Source of the DNA: Bispira polyomma
Taxonomy: Eukaryota
Direction: 5' to 3'
Length of the DNA: 64,000 nt
Assembly (NCBI GenBank): GCA_965649765.1
Contig: OZ287751.1
Location: 30,814,001-30,878,000 of the forward strand
Numbering within the stretch: the first letter of the stretch is position 1; the number at the start of each line of letters is the position of its first letter. The position numbers and the translations under genes were made by a program. The notes under the pieces are model-generated. The model saw nothing but the letters and a program-made list of their open reading frames with translations. It was not told the origin of the DNA and did no database searches. This document shows, piece after piece, positions 42,101 to 57,100 of this stretch.

Positions 42101-45100
42101 ATAACTCACTTGGACTACCAAGTAGATTAATTTCAGGTATATGAGTACTTATGTTCTGTAGCATTTCATCTCTATGAGCAGCATAAGCAGGACATTTTAT
42201 GAAATAATGTGTCACAGTTTCTGGACCATTTTTTACACACAGAGCAGCAGTCATATTCTATCAAGTTGTATGATCTACGGTGGAAGTTCAAAGCACTGAG
42301 ACCCATTCGAAGCCTACTGTGGTATACTGCAGGGTTACCTGTGTGCCACGAATTTGCTTTATTAAATTTGACTTGATAGTTTGATTTTAGCTTTCACTTA
42401 AAAATTTGAAGTGATAAGACACCTCTCAGGTCAGGGTTAAGATGGTTCCAAACTGATAGAAAGAATGATTTGTAGTTATAGTCTTTCTTACAAAGGAATT
42501 ATTAGCTGAATATACGTACTATTTCTCAGATTATATCCATGCACACCACCCTTGGGACATAACTTGTAAAGATATTCTGGAGAATAATAATTCAGAATTT
42601 TATACATTAGGACAAGTTTTTTTATCAAATGTCTGTCCTTGAGCAGTTCTAATCCAAATTCAGATAAAAGACATTTATGTTTAGTAGCTTTATAGGCCCC
42701 AGTAATTGTTAAGCAAAACTGTCGTATCGATTGACCTTATTTATTAAGAACTCATTAAAGACAATATGTTTAACATGCAATGGCTGAGCTTTAATTATTT
42801 TAACTTACACGGAGAGACTGTTACAATACTAACATTATAAAAATCTACAAGTACCAAAGTGAAAAATCCAAGGAAAATGACTTTACAACTTAACAGCTCG
42901 CAGAAACAGTAGAACCTCTGTTACACAAACATGTTCTATGAGCAAGATTTTGTTTGAATAATAGAAGGTTCGTAAAACAGAAGAGGTATTTAGTTGTAAA
43001 ATTTGAAGAGTGAAAAAAAGTTGAAAAAAATCAAATATTTTGATTACCGATGGAGACTAAGTTTACTCTACCAAGGAAGAAAACTTTGACCTACTTCCAT
43101 GACGTCACAAATGACGTTTTTGCTACTATTTATTACTTTACAAATTAAAACATGTATTAAATTTTATGTTCAAAGCACTGTACCACATAAATTTTATTCC
43201 TGTGTGCTAAGGGAGCACAATGATAATATAATATACCATTGACTGCTGACTGACAGACATGGCACTAGTAAATAGAAAGGGCAGCTGGTTGATGGACAAG
43301 GTCGTCATGGGGTTAATAGAAGTTTGGATGATAAAGGTTCTACGTACAGTAATAAATTTTATTTCTCAAAGTAAAAAAGAAACAGGCACCTGTAGAGTAT
43401 TGTGGTACCTTATTCATTCCAGTGGTTCCAGAATTTCTATCATAAAATTTTATTTATTGATATCAGTACCTTTAACCTCAATTAACTTAATTAAAAGACC
43501 AAAATTCTATAGTAATGTCTGTAATCGATGCTGTCTATCTTGTGGTCCAGTCAAATGATGAAGATAGTTTTAAAAGATTCTATTTCCTGTACATTTCTGC
43601 CCATTAGATGCCACATATATGTAAGTTCATCGAGTCATTGTATTCCAGAGTTCTCCATAGGTCGTTGAAAATCTGGAGAAAAAATGATGATGGACACGTT
43701 TAAATTTTTTTTTTAAGTCCTGTAATTTTTAAAATCTAAACAAAATTTTATGCTGTGACTACAATAAAATGCTGCGACTATGGCAAAAAGGCGTAAATTT
43801 GATACTGGTCCATGTCACTTTTCAAAATCATTTTACATATGAAAACCACATGACAAAAGGTATTGTGTGTAATGCCTGTGTGAGGGGTGATGGGAGGCCA
43901 CTAAGAAGCTCCCCAGGCTTTCTGATGGATCATTGAGGAGGCATTTAAAATCGCTGCATCACGCAAAAACATTCTATCTTTTAAGCGGAATAACAGCAAA
44001 GCTTGCATATTTGATAAAGCTACCTTTAAAGGACTTGCCACTTGCCTCTTCCCATGTAGATCTCTACTAGGGGGCTTTAAGGTCTGTCTATTCCATCACA
44101 TTAAAGGTCTCCACTGACACTACACCCTCATATTCTAATTAATTACCCACACACACTCCAGCTCTCTCACCCAAGTAGAGTGTTGTTCATTAAAATTGTA
44201 ACAGTTTAACCATTACTACGATTCTTTATGATTCTGTCGTGCTGATAATCGGGCCTCCCTAGGTTAACAAAGGTCACCAGGTAAAAGTGTACTGCTAAAC
44301 CTATATTACTGCCCACCACCCTACTGAATGACTGCTAGCATCTCCCCCAGAGGTAGAGGGTATAGAGATAAGGCAGTATAAGGCAGAGGCGATTAGATTG
44401 ATGTGTTCATCATAATAAGGGCATTCAGTATATCAAAATTAAATGCTGGAATGTGATAAGTTTATCCGATAAATGAATCCAGGTTAACAGTAGTTACTTG
44501 CCTGATATTTTGCTACTAAATATATTTTATTCCACCACAGTTAATGACTGTTTGGGGTATGATCATTCCCATTGTCAGCTGTTTAAAGGAAGGGAGAAGA
44601 TTTAGTCCAGGCTAGATATAAGAAACTACTTGTCCATGAGGAGATTCATATTTAGTACAAGTATCTCCTAGTGGGTATAGTGTGTAATGAAATGGCAAGG
44701 TCGGTCCTCATTTTGACCAATCAAATTATGACTTTCTTATGTGTCGTGTATTAAGAATGTAATAAATCAATTATACATTTTTGATGTTCCTTCAATAACC
44801 TCTTAAATAAACTGAGGTACACAGACGGTTCCTTAACTGTAAGTCTATCAATAAATTACTTTGTGTTTTGCTCACGACTTTCTTGCCATGAATTTAAACA
44901 ATGTTAAATCCATGAACATTTGTTCATTTAAACCTGTATTTACTTATATGGTGATGTTTTGTGAAATAAACAAAATGCTGAAGTAATGTTTTCATTTGTT
45001 ATCAGTGCAATAATTGAATATGACTTAATGTGATGATACAGTCATGTATTTAACACCAAATAAAGCTGGGTCTCATTTCTCATGCCATTAAAGCACAAGA

Positions 45101-48100
45101 AAATTATTTCAAAGAAATAAATCCTAATTCACCTGATGCTGTATGATACTTCCTGTTGAGAGGCTTCACTTATCAGAGTGTCATCAGCATACACTGGGTT
45201 TTCCAATTGTATTTCCTATTTTTCAGTACCTGGTCAACAAGAGCCTGATACATGATTTCCCCAGGTTCAAACACAGAGGTGTCATGCTGGATACCTCCAG
45301 ACATTACTTGAACAAAGAAACCATCATCATCAACTTGGTAAGTATTTCCATGTACTGCTCTAGAAAGCCAGTGTTATTTATATGGTTTTTTTTTTTCCTG
45401 TATAAAAATTACATGGTGAAACCCCTTTAAGTGGAACTCTGATAAGTTGGTTACCCTTTTATGTTGAATTAAATCTGTGGTTCCAGTGTAGCCTTTTCTT
45501 TAAAAATCTACCCTCTTGAGTGGATATCCTGCTTAAGTAGAAGTAATCCTTCTGGTCCCTTGAGGTTCCACTTAAAGGGGTATGATTTTGGTACCTGTAT
45601 TAGACAAGCATGATTTCTCATTTGGCTACAATTGCTTTAATAGTGTGTCTGTACAACATGACCATACAAATGGACACAAATCTGATAAATTGGCCTTACT
45701 ATTAATGCCCCTGGCATCAAGGTTAGAAGTAACAGTGTTAATGTACACAAGGGACTTGGTGATCTTTTAAAACTTTTTTCTAATAAAAGATCAGAAGCTA
45801 CACAACACCACTGCCAGGAATGTCTCAAAGTTGGGTGATAATGTAATGTGTTCTATACTATGGAAACAAGGTTTGAGCACGCAGTATCCATTGTTGATTA
45901 AAGGACAGGCCCCTACTTAAAAAATGGATGAGGTGTAAAAAATGGATAAGTCAAACACTGAAAAGCAGTGAAGTTTTAAAATGTTAAGTAAATTGTATTC
46001 CAGCTAAAAATCAGCCTTTCAGGGAGATATTCTTTGTCTGTAGCCTCAGGTGGCCAGTGTAACTTACATCTAGTGTCAATTTCATCCCACATTTCACTTG
46101 ACAAAGCATTCGCCCACTTTATCAGTTGTCCCATAAAGAAAAACCAATATCTGTAACAAAATTTCAAACAGCTGTAATCGCAACATTAAATAACCTGACT
46201 TTGTAAGGAATTTTAAATACATTTTGAGAGTTTTCAATTGTTATCGAAATGTTAATTATTTTCATTGTCTTTAAAAGAGCACCTGTGCTTTATATAAACC
46301 AAAAAAAGTGGCAGCACTAATTTTAATTGGTATGACATTATACATACACAAACCAACTGGTAAAAAGTTCTGTTGTAGTGCTCCTTCCAAATATCAGTCC
46401 TGTTTAAAATGCATGTAACCATTTTAAAAGCTGTTGTCTCTCAACAGCCTCACTACCTCGCTACTAAACTCTCCTTCAGCAGCCTTACAAAGGGAAAGAG
46501 ACTCTCTGTTTCCTCTAAAAACCCGCCAAGAGAGATGGATGTAGAGCCTTCTCGGTTGTTGCCCCTATGTTATGGAACAGGTTTCCAGTGGAACTTAGAC
46601 TGCTTGAAACACTTTCTGGTTTTAGGAGAAAGCTTAAAACATATCTCTTTAGGCTCGCCTATCCGCCGTAGTCCTCTTCCTGGTTGCTGACGCATCCATC
46701 CTTACGACCTGGCTATGTTTTTCATTTTTCTATTGGCTGATTGATTCTGATGTTGTGCCTTAGAAGATGCCTAGCATCAAAAAGGCGCGTTAAAAAATTT
46801 AAAATACAATACAATATTGAAGGGGGTCGCAGTAGCCTAGTGGTTATGTAAGTGCTTGCTTTAAAATCACTGGCCTCTCAATTCTTGGGATTGAATACCA
46901 CAGATTCTGTCCTGATGTGAGATCGTTTGTCATGTACTTGCCATAGGTCAGTGCTTAACAGTGGCTTCAACACTAAACCTGGCCATTTCAATATAACCAA
47001 AGATGATGAAACTGATGTAAAACGTAAATGACTAAATAAAATCCAAATATTAAAGATGGGTTGTTTTCCTTTTACATTTTCAGTCCGTTGGAATGTGTGT
47101 TGTGAAATGACATAATTTCCACAATGGGACTCCAGTTGCCCAAACTGCTTGTGAAATGAACAATTAGATTTGGGTTGTTGTAAAGTCTACACGGAGTTCA
47201 AAGACAATAGAGTCTCCTGTATCTGTCCCGATTCCAACCAATTATCTGCTCTGTAACATTCTTGATAAAAAAGAAATTTGTGTTGTTTTTTTCTCTTTTA
47301 ACAGAACATGGAAAATGATTAATATGTCAATAAAACAAAATTGATGCATGTTAAGTATTTTATTCACTTACTAATGACACATTGGCCTTTTTTGCAGGTT
47401 TAAAATTAGGTGTTTCATATGAATATCATGTACAATGCACCTTGTGTGACTTTGGTGTCGGATATTAAGATGAGAATCAGTGTCCAGTATATGAGAAGAT
47501 TGTCACATTCTGTTTCAAAAGATATAATTTTACATAAAAATGAAAACAGAAACTTGATGCCACTTTATTACTAAAAACAGTAGAAGGAAGGGGCTAACCT
47601 GGACTTTAATGTTGTACTAAATGAGCAAGAATTTTCTGTAGAATGGAATTTTCTGCATAATCTACAGAACAACAGATTGTAAGACAGGGATGTACATTTT
47701 TATGGCGGCTAATGCCTCATTCATACATTGTCAGTAATATTGGTTCACCATACCGTCATAGTGTAAACGCCACCTAAAAAAGTTGCTAGTATTACTAATG
47801 TAATAAAGTACGGACGTTCAGAACTTTTAAAACATATTTCAAGCATATTGGAAACCATGGTTAGGGGGATTTAATGCACTGGAATAAATTTAACCCTTAG
47901 TTCAATGGTCAAACTTGGTCATAAAGTTTGTAGTCATTTCACACATAAACTATATGCTTGGTTTTATGGTCAAAACTGGGGTTATCAAGATCATTGATTT
48001 ATTTAATAGGGTCCAAGAAACTTGCTGCTAGAATTTTGTGGGTGTAGTTTGTATCAGATCAAGAGTGTATGGCCCGAAGGGTTAAGTTTGAGAAGTTTGC

Positions 48101-51100
48101 TTCAAATCCTGTACCTCTTAACTGTTGTTTTTATATTGATTAAATGTATCGTAGGCCTATACCAGATCGGCAATGCTCGGGGTATGTACAACGTGTCCAC
48201 TTGTGACACATTTCACTTTTAAAAATTTGACTAAAACATGCGTACCTGCCAAATATTACGAATATCAATAATAAATTAATGTTAACAATGTAACAATGAT
48301 GCTGATCTGTGAAATGACTGGGCTTATATAGACAGGAGAGACATGATTATTTTGTCTTGGAAGTCTAATCAGTGTGATGTGGCTTATGAGAGGAGGTTAC
48401 ATGTAAAAGTAATAAATTAAGCGTTCCGCAAGAGGGCACATGGGCAATTTGGCACATCTATGCAGTAGCCCTGGGAAAAACATTTTAATATGGTGTCCTC
48501 ACACTTCGACCAATCAGAAAAGTCACATGACCAAAAACACATTTTTTTTAAAGGGGTGTGCTTGTCCGGATGATAACTTAAAATGCGCTTCACCTATTCT
48601 CATAAAATTTAGTAAATAGGTTTCTTATACATGTATAGATGTCTGGACAACATTAACATCCGATACAAAATGGCCGACTTATTAACGATTAATTAAGCGT
48701 TAAGATTTTTCGAAACAATAAAAATGAAAAATCCTTAATATCTCGGAAACGGTGCGAGATAGATCGATTTCAGGTGAATTTTGGGCTCGGGGGCACACTC
48801 AGTTATATGCAACTTGCCCAAAAATTCATTCAATCATTAATATTTAAAAATTCAAAAATTTTTCAAAAAGTCAAAATTTTCAAAAAAGTCGAAAAATTTC
48901 AATATTTTTTTAAAAAAAGTGCAAAATTCAAAAATTTTCAAAAAAGTCAAATTTTTTTTTCTTCATTTTTTTTTTGCAACATTTTTTTTTTTTTTTTCTT
49001 CTTATTGTTTAAAAAATGTATTTTTTTTTACAAAATTTTTTTTTTGCAATATTTCTTTAATTTTTTTTTTTTTTGCCAATATTTCTTTTTATTTCGTTTT
49101 TTTTTGCATCGCTTTCTTGCCATTTTTGGCGGCCAACTTGAATTTCAGCTTCAAAAGCAAAAATGCTTTTATCTCGGAAAGGGTGCCAGATAGAGCGTTT
49201 TCGGCCAAATTTTGGGCCTAGAGGGTATATGCAAAAAATTGCTCAATGTCTCATTGGGACGCTTTGTTTTTGCTGTGCAAAAACAATTTCCTTTCATTTG
49301 CAAAGCAGTACTCTAGTTTAGCTTGGATGTACAAATACAGCGTTACGTCATGAACTGCCTCCATACAATGATACTTGTGTCTCAGGCCGTGTTGATTTAA
49401 TTATTATATTGGTGCATGTGCCCCAAGCCCCACGGTACTTTGAACACGCAGACCATGTCCAAAGTAACTTTTACCCTCTAAAGTCTCTCTGTAAAGACCA
49501 TGGGCTGTTAACTCAAAGGTTTGAAAGAATAGGGGATTAGCTCTCATTTGAAAATGTTCAAATTTACAACTATATTCATAGAAAATTGGGGACGGGCTCT
49601 TATTACTTTGTTTATATTATTGTTTACTACCACCAACTTTTGGTGGACTGTTTGTTTTATTTTGAGCGTCTATTTCTTGTTTTGGAAAAAAACGAATGAA
49701 ATACATAATTTATTTTGCGGTGACAAAATTCAATGCAGCCAAATTTGGACAGAAAATAGTATGTAACAGATGCAAGTTTGTTATCAGGAATAATAGGTAA
49801 TATGATATTATGAGTGTTTTATGTCTTATAAATATTCCCAATGTAATCAGTAAGTCAATTCTAAATAGCTTACACAGTATGTGTCATTGTTTTATTCCAT
49901 ATCTGATATTTAACTGTTTCGAGGGTTCATATAAACTTTAGGAACACTGTTTTGCAGGAAGCCATGGCTCAGAACAAAATGAATGTCTTTCACTGGCACA
50001 TTGTTGATGAGCAATCATTTCCATTTGAGAGTAAAACCTATCCAAACCTCACCAAAATGGTAAGTCACCTGTCATATAAAGTTATATTAAATTAAACCTG
50101 TCAGATAATGTAAGGTGAAAGATTAATGAGTCAGATTAATTTCTGCTGCTAAATGGTATTACCATTGTAAGTAACCTATCAGATAAACTACATGTATTTC
50201 CTCAAAACTTCACTTCACTGTTGAACCTATTCCCAGTTGTTCTCTATGTGTAAAAGGGATATCAACTGAACAGCCTTATGAAATTCTACCTGAATCAGTT
50301 TGACAGTGCTTAGAATAAATTTTAAATATATATGTATTCATCAATGATTCTATTTAATTCATATAAAAATGTTAAAAAAAAATAAGAAAAAACAACAAAA
50401 ATCTAAAAATGATTTCAGCAAAAAACCCTGTGCTTGTATTCACTAACAGGCTTAGCAAAGTCTTAGGCTTAAATCTAGCACAAATGTATGCTAGAATTAA
50501 GCCTAAGACTTCCCTAAGTCTGTTTACTTAGTGAATAAGGGCCCAAAAAGACAACAGAAATCATACTATTATAATAATTCTGCAATGTCAGCAGTAAACG
50601 ACAAAAATCATATTGTTAAAAAGATCAAGTGATGTCTGCAAAAAAAAACCCACTATTGTGTCTTGTTTACAGGGCGCCTATAGTCCATCCCATGTGTACA
50701 CTCCAGAGATGATGGCAGACATCATTAATGAGGCCAGACTTAGAGGAATACGGGTGATACCTGAGTTTGATACTCCAGGTAGAGTTTAGTGTTTTGTATG
50801 ACAAAGCATGTATACCGTAATACTGGGGAGTTTAGCATCATTGGAGGTGTAGGAGTATGAGGGCTTTTTGAGTCGTTTCAAGTATAAGTTACAGTAGTTT
50901 CTTTTTTAAAACATTAAAAGAAAACAATTAAACATTCAGTTGAAACACATTGTGTCATTTTTATGCAATAAATGAAAATTTTAAAATGGCTGGACTGTTA
51001 CAAAAATATGTACATTATGTGCAAGACTAGTTTAAAGAGTTTATTGTTGCATAGAAATTTCTTTGAAATAGATCTTTTATGTAATACATTGGCAAACATG

Positions 51101-54100
51101 AAAAAACCGGCTTTATTCCTTCAGTATGTAATAATTATCACATGACTGAGTAACACAATACAGTCACATGACTAAAGTTAATTCTTTCACAGGTTATATG
51201 TCATTACAAATGCCATGTCAAATTTAACCTCCTTTAACAACAGCTAGGCATGAAATCTATGCCTGCAGCTGAAAATGTGTCTTTAATTTTTTATGGAATA
51301 TTTCTACTAATTTGTAGACAAACCTGTATTAACATGCTGGAAAAGGTATCGCTAGATTATCAATTAAAGATGATGCCAAATCTGTATGTACTTCTACCTA
51401 ATTTTAATGAAGGATAAACTTTGTTTCGATATTTAATAGATAAATCAAATATATTTTACAGTCCTCTATGTTTTCTTCTAGGTCACACATTTTCCTGGGG
51501 TCTTGGACAAGACAACCTGTTGACTCCCTGTTATGACTATGATGGAGAACCTACTGGTTACTTTGGTCCTATCAACCCTATCTTAAAGTCCACCTATAAG
51601 TTCCTTCAGGGATTATTTTCAGAGGTATGTAAATTCTGATTGTTAGGTTAATTAACTCCTGGAATTTGAGTCCTTATATGTGTTTTATGTCACTTTTAAC
51701 ATCTTTTGATCATACTGTGATGGTAAGATTTATTGGTGGATGAAACTACATGAGGTACTGTTTCTGTACGGGAAACCACCAAACCTACGGCAAGTACCTG
51801 GTAAATTTTCCCACATGAAGGGAAGCAGTTCAAATGAATCCCACTGTTCACGGAGTGGAAAGGTTAGTGATATTAAAGCAGATGCTTATAACCACAGTTG
51901 AGTAATATTAGATATACCTTCCAACTTCTAAATCTAGTTAAAGGAATGTATTAATGGTGCACTAACGCAGAAACATAGATGTTTAGATAATTTAATTATG
52001 CTATTTTTTTTGTGAAAACTAATGCCCCAGTCCCACCTGCCTTCACATAAGCAGCCATTACAAAAATCAATTTGCGTAGGGTTTGCGTGGTGTTTGCGTG
52101 AGCTGATGTAATATACATAAACATACATAACCTGACATGAGAGATGATACACAAGAAATTCTAATTGGGGAATAAGTGAGCACTAACTGTGATCAAAGAT
52201 GTAATTTTAAAGGAAATTAGCTTCATTTGGTTTCTTCGTTTGTTTTGTTGTTCCCTTCAAAAACCACCAGAGACATTTATCTTTCTAACAAAACAAAAAT
52301 GTAATTTGATTCTAGTTGACTACATGTATATGCAAGGCTATTGACACTAGTTTTGCCTATATTTTTGTTATATTACAGTTGTTTTTTATGGTTTTCTCAC
52401 TTGAGAAAAAAATAAATAAATTAAGCATAAAATGTGTTTAACAAATTGTATGATACAGAGATTGTTATTGGTGTTCCAGTCTCGAAATGACCACGGAGAC
52501 TAGGGAAGGGGGGGGGGGGGGGGAAGTGATGTAACGGGTGTGCATTTAGCCAAGGTTGCCAAATACACACTTTACATGACAAATTTAGGGGAGTAAAAAA
52601 ATAGCGCTTATATTAGTACTTTAGTTAGATCAATTGCAAACCGAAAATGATACTGCATCACAATTTACTTTGACATTCCAACAGTTACACTATTTACACA
52701 ACTATTGTTTCAGCAATGCTACTGATTTGTTGCATATTCCCAAGACTTATTTGCTCCTTTCAGTCATTTAGAGACTGTTTGGTTCACTATTGACCGTGTA
52801 ATGTTAACTAATAAGCTTCACAATTTTATTGCAGGTCATGTCAATCTTTAAGGACAAGTTCATCCACTTGGGTGGAGACGAAGTTCCCATGGAATGCTGG
52901 CAGACCAATCCCTTCTTAGAACGGTTCTTGACCAGGAATCATCTCTATGAAATTAAGGACCTGCTAAACATCTACATGAAGAAGCTCTTTGACATCATAA
53001 AAGGCATCGGCAAGTCTCGGACTGCGGGCAGTGGCAAGATTGTCTGGCAGGAGGTGTTTGACAAAGGGGTTGAGATAGATAAGGACACAACAGTGCAGAT
53101 CTGGATGGGAGATGCTTGGGATATTGACCGGGTGACCTCTCAAGGTCACTCTGCCCTCTTTTCCACATGCTGGTATTTGAACTATATCAGCTATGGGATG
53201 GATTGGGATAAATATTACAGATGTGAACAACTAGGTGAGTTATTATTAACTAATGATCGAAGTTTTTGACGAATAACATTTTCCATGTCCGCATCAAATT
53301 CGAATTTGAATTTGAATTATGTTATGTTATGATTCTCAGTGAATGATTGTAGTTTATGTTAGTTATATAAAATCTTAAAACAGAAATTCCCAATTTTTAA
53401 CCTAGACTTGTACAATAGATATAAGTAATCTGTTCTATTATGTGTTTACACAATACTCAGGTTCACATCTAACTCTGTACAATATCCATATATAACTGAT
53501 ACTGCCCTATATTTCACAAAACTTAGGTTAACACTTCACTCTGTACAAGATCACTATTTAACTGATACTGCGACATACATGTATTTACACAATGTTCTTG
53601 AACTGTGATCACAGAAGAGTACATTATGAAACCACTGCTTTAAAGAGTATGTTATGAAACCACTGCTTTAAATGACTATTTAAAGATAGAAGTTGTCACT
53701 CAACTTTTTCACTCAATCTTTATGAAAACAAAAATGCCCCGGTTCTAACTTGGACTTGTACAATATGTAAGTAAGGACTGTACTGTACCAATACCAGGTT
53801 CACACCTTAAACTCTGTACTGTATATTTATATATAACTGATACTGTCCTATAATACACAATACCAGGTTCACACCTTAAACTCTGTACTGTATATCTATA
53901 TAGAACTGACATTGTCCTATATTACACAATACCAGGTTCACACCTAACTCTGTACAATATCTGTATATAACTGATATTGTCCTATATTACGCAATACTTA
54001 GGTTCAAACCTCGACCTGTACAATGTACGTAACCAGTCTTTAATCATGGGGGGAGAAGTTTGCCTCTGGACAGAGTATGCTGACGATGAAAACATCTTGC

Positions 54101-57100
54101 CCAGAATATGGTATTTACATGTACTTCAGTAAAGTTTGGGCTTAACGTCAATTTTATTACATTTATATTATGTCACGATGGGCAGTTTATTAGTAGAAGA
54201 TATCAAAACGGTGTAGTTCGTCAAGAGATATCTGTTCTGCAAATCACCAGCCTTCTGCATGTCTGCTGCCAACTTTCCCATAATCACTAAGGGGCTGAGT
54301 TTCAAATCCAGACTGCTATCCAGACACCACTGAGGCCTATGTCTGGGCAAAAGATAGCCATTCCGATGCAATTGCTAATTCAGATAATCAACTGCCAAAC
54401 TTCCCACATACATACCAGGACCCCTATATGGTACTGTAAAAATAACTTTACAGTTACAGTACTTGTATGAATTCTTTTAACAGTTGTTTAAAACAAACAT
54501 AACTTGATATATTGAAATACATGTATAGCTATAAGTGCTAAAGGTCATAACTTCTTGTTTATTTACTATAATTAAAGTATATTGATTATTTAGTCATGAA
54601 AGCCTCTCAAGGATCTATGTACAGATAATTGCTTTGGATATTTCATATCTATGTATTGTCATTAACAAATCCAGTACTGTCATACACAACCCTGTATATT
54701 CATAGTACATGTATACATATTTTTGCCAAGAAATGTTAAAAATAGATTATTTTTGCCACATTCATTTATTGTCCATTTAAGTTTTTTGGTTTGCTTTAAA
54801 GTTTCAAAACACATTCAATCAGTAAAATTCTTCTGGTGTTCTTAGCATGTGGTAAACACCTTTTAGACATGTAGAACAAGTTCTTAAAATTGTAGAAGAT
54901 GTTGTGATGCATCCTATCAAAATAGTTCAGCTATAGCTTCTGTTTCTTATTCCTGTTTAAGCCTTGTTAGAAAATAGTGGGATTTTTCATGATGGGATTT
55001 TTAAAGGTAGGATTTTGCCTTAGCTTCCTTGTGAAGTTTTCATGATTGTATCATCAACATACTTTAATTAAAGTACATAAACAACAAATTATGACCTTTC
55101 GTACTTTTAGCTATCTAGATAATATTTAAAGAGATATTCAAGGGAGACTAGATGTGAAAACAAATAAGCGCTCTTTTCAAGGTAACAGGCTCAATTCTAA
55201 TTTATTAACCCTTTAACACTCTCGATTTCAACTTTACTACTAACTTATATGAAAAATCCCTTCTCGGTTTTGACTCTGTTATTATCATAATACAATTGCT
55301 CAGATCACATAGAGGTTATTGATACTGGGGACACTGTTTTAGCCAATGTTTTTGCTATTTTTAGGCCTCGTGCCTCAGCAGCAGCAGAGCGTCTGTGGAG
55401 CCATAAGGATGTACAGAGTCCACAGGAAGCAGCACCTCGGTTAGAGGAACAGAGGTGTCGTATGAAGAGGTAGGGAGGATGTCCGATTACTAAAAAATTA
55501 ATCACTTCATATAAGTCCAGTGGAATCCTGTTATGTCGAAAGGGACCATAAACATTTGTTCTACTCAACCAGAACTTTTATTTAACAGGTAAATTTTAAT
55601 AAAAATATAGCAATTGAACCTTAAAATAACGTCTACTTAAAAGGTAACACAACCAACAAAAGGTGAATATCTATTGCTCTTTATACTTAGCGCATTAATA
55701 TATCATCTTTAAGGTACTTTTTTTGTATTCTGATTTTTACAATATATCTATCTTAATCTGGTACTCAGAGCGCTTATAAACCTTTTCCTTACTGTAACAA
55801 TCCACTGCATCAGTTACTGTCATTCTAACTGAAAGAACAAGGCTTGTGGATGACCATTTATCAACGCCTTAAGGATCTTTAGCCTGCCACTGGAGATAGG
55901 ACCCCGTGACAGAGAACTGCCATGTAAGATGGTTATCTAAACCACTAGTCAAACGAGTGTTCACATCTTGCCTAAGGATGTTATCCCACCAAATAAAACT
56001 AGTGCCCAGTACTGGACATTGAACCCGGAACCTTCTGATCACCAGCCTAACTCCCTAACCACTAGGCCATGGTGGACCACAATATCTATAAAGCGTGCTG
56101 TATTCCAACATATTTTATTTACTTATAAAAAGGTCTATCATTTTTCCAGACGTGGTATTCCAGTTGGTGTTCTAAGTGGACCAGGGTATTGCAAGAAGTA
56201 TTCTAAACCCCAGCAGTTCAAGCCTTTCACCTGGAATTCCAGCAAGAAGAAGCCTGAGAACACCTTTGAGACATTGGATCTTGCTACTAATAAACATGTA
56301 AGTCATTATAATAATTGAAGCATTTATAGAGCACCAAATTGATGAGAACATCCTCTAAGGTGCTGATATTTAAAAAGAAAAGATCCAGGGGCAAGCAAAA
56401 TGTCGTTACCCAAAAGCATTGTGGGTGTACAGTACATCTAATCTATTATCTGTATACCTCAAAAGAGAGCAAGCTTCTGTGAGGTGGTATAACCTTAAAA
56501 GAGGCAGTTGTGTGTAAAAACAACACAAACTACAAGTAAGGGAGTAAAATATGTTGATAACACTGCATTTATACAGTCAATAAAAGCTAAGCTAAAGTTA
56601 ATAAAAACTGGCGCGAAAAATATTTGGAATTTAGGTAAATAAGGCGCAATAGTCACAAACATGTCAATTTCAGCAAATATTACCCACAATTTTATCAAAA
56701 ACACAACATTTTCTATGTGGCGAATTTCAGATACAGTGGCGAATTTTAGATTCCTAACTCTAGAAGTTCTGATAATAGAGGCTCTACTGTATTTGTGTTT
56801 CAGATCTATGTGGTGGATGTGAACTCTATGTACCTGTTCCCACTGATTGTCCTACTGTGTGTTGTCTGTCTAGCCATCCTCATCTCCTTGCGCCACAAGT
56901 TGAATGGCCAGAAATCATTCCTGGTCAAGTTCCAGCTCCCAGGGATCTTTCCAAGGTAAGTAAAGGTTATTATATAGGTAGCACTTTGATATCAGAAATC
57001 TCACCACCTATGGAACACTTTGATATCAGAAATTTCACCATTGATAGGTTATTATATGGGCAACACTTTGATATCACAAATATCACCACCTAAGGGTTAC

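Noticed and set aside
48774-49221. Phe/Lys-rich ORFs
   Set aside because: Translation of poly-T/poly-A low-complexity repeat core.
54031-54036. Alternative acceptor aaccag for exon 9
   Set aside because: It gives phase 0, incompatible with the phase 1 donor at 53234.
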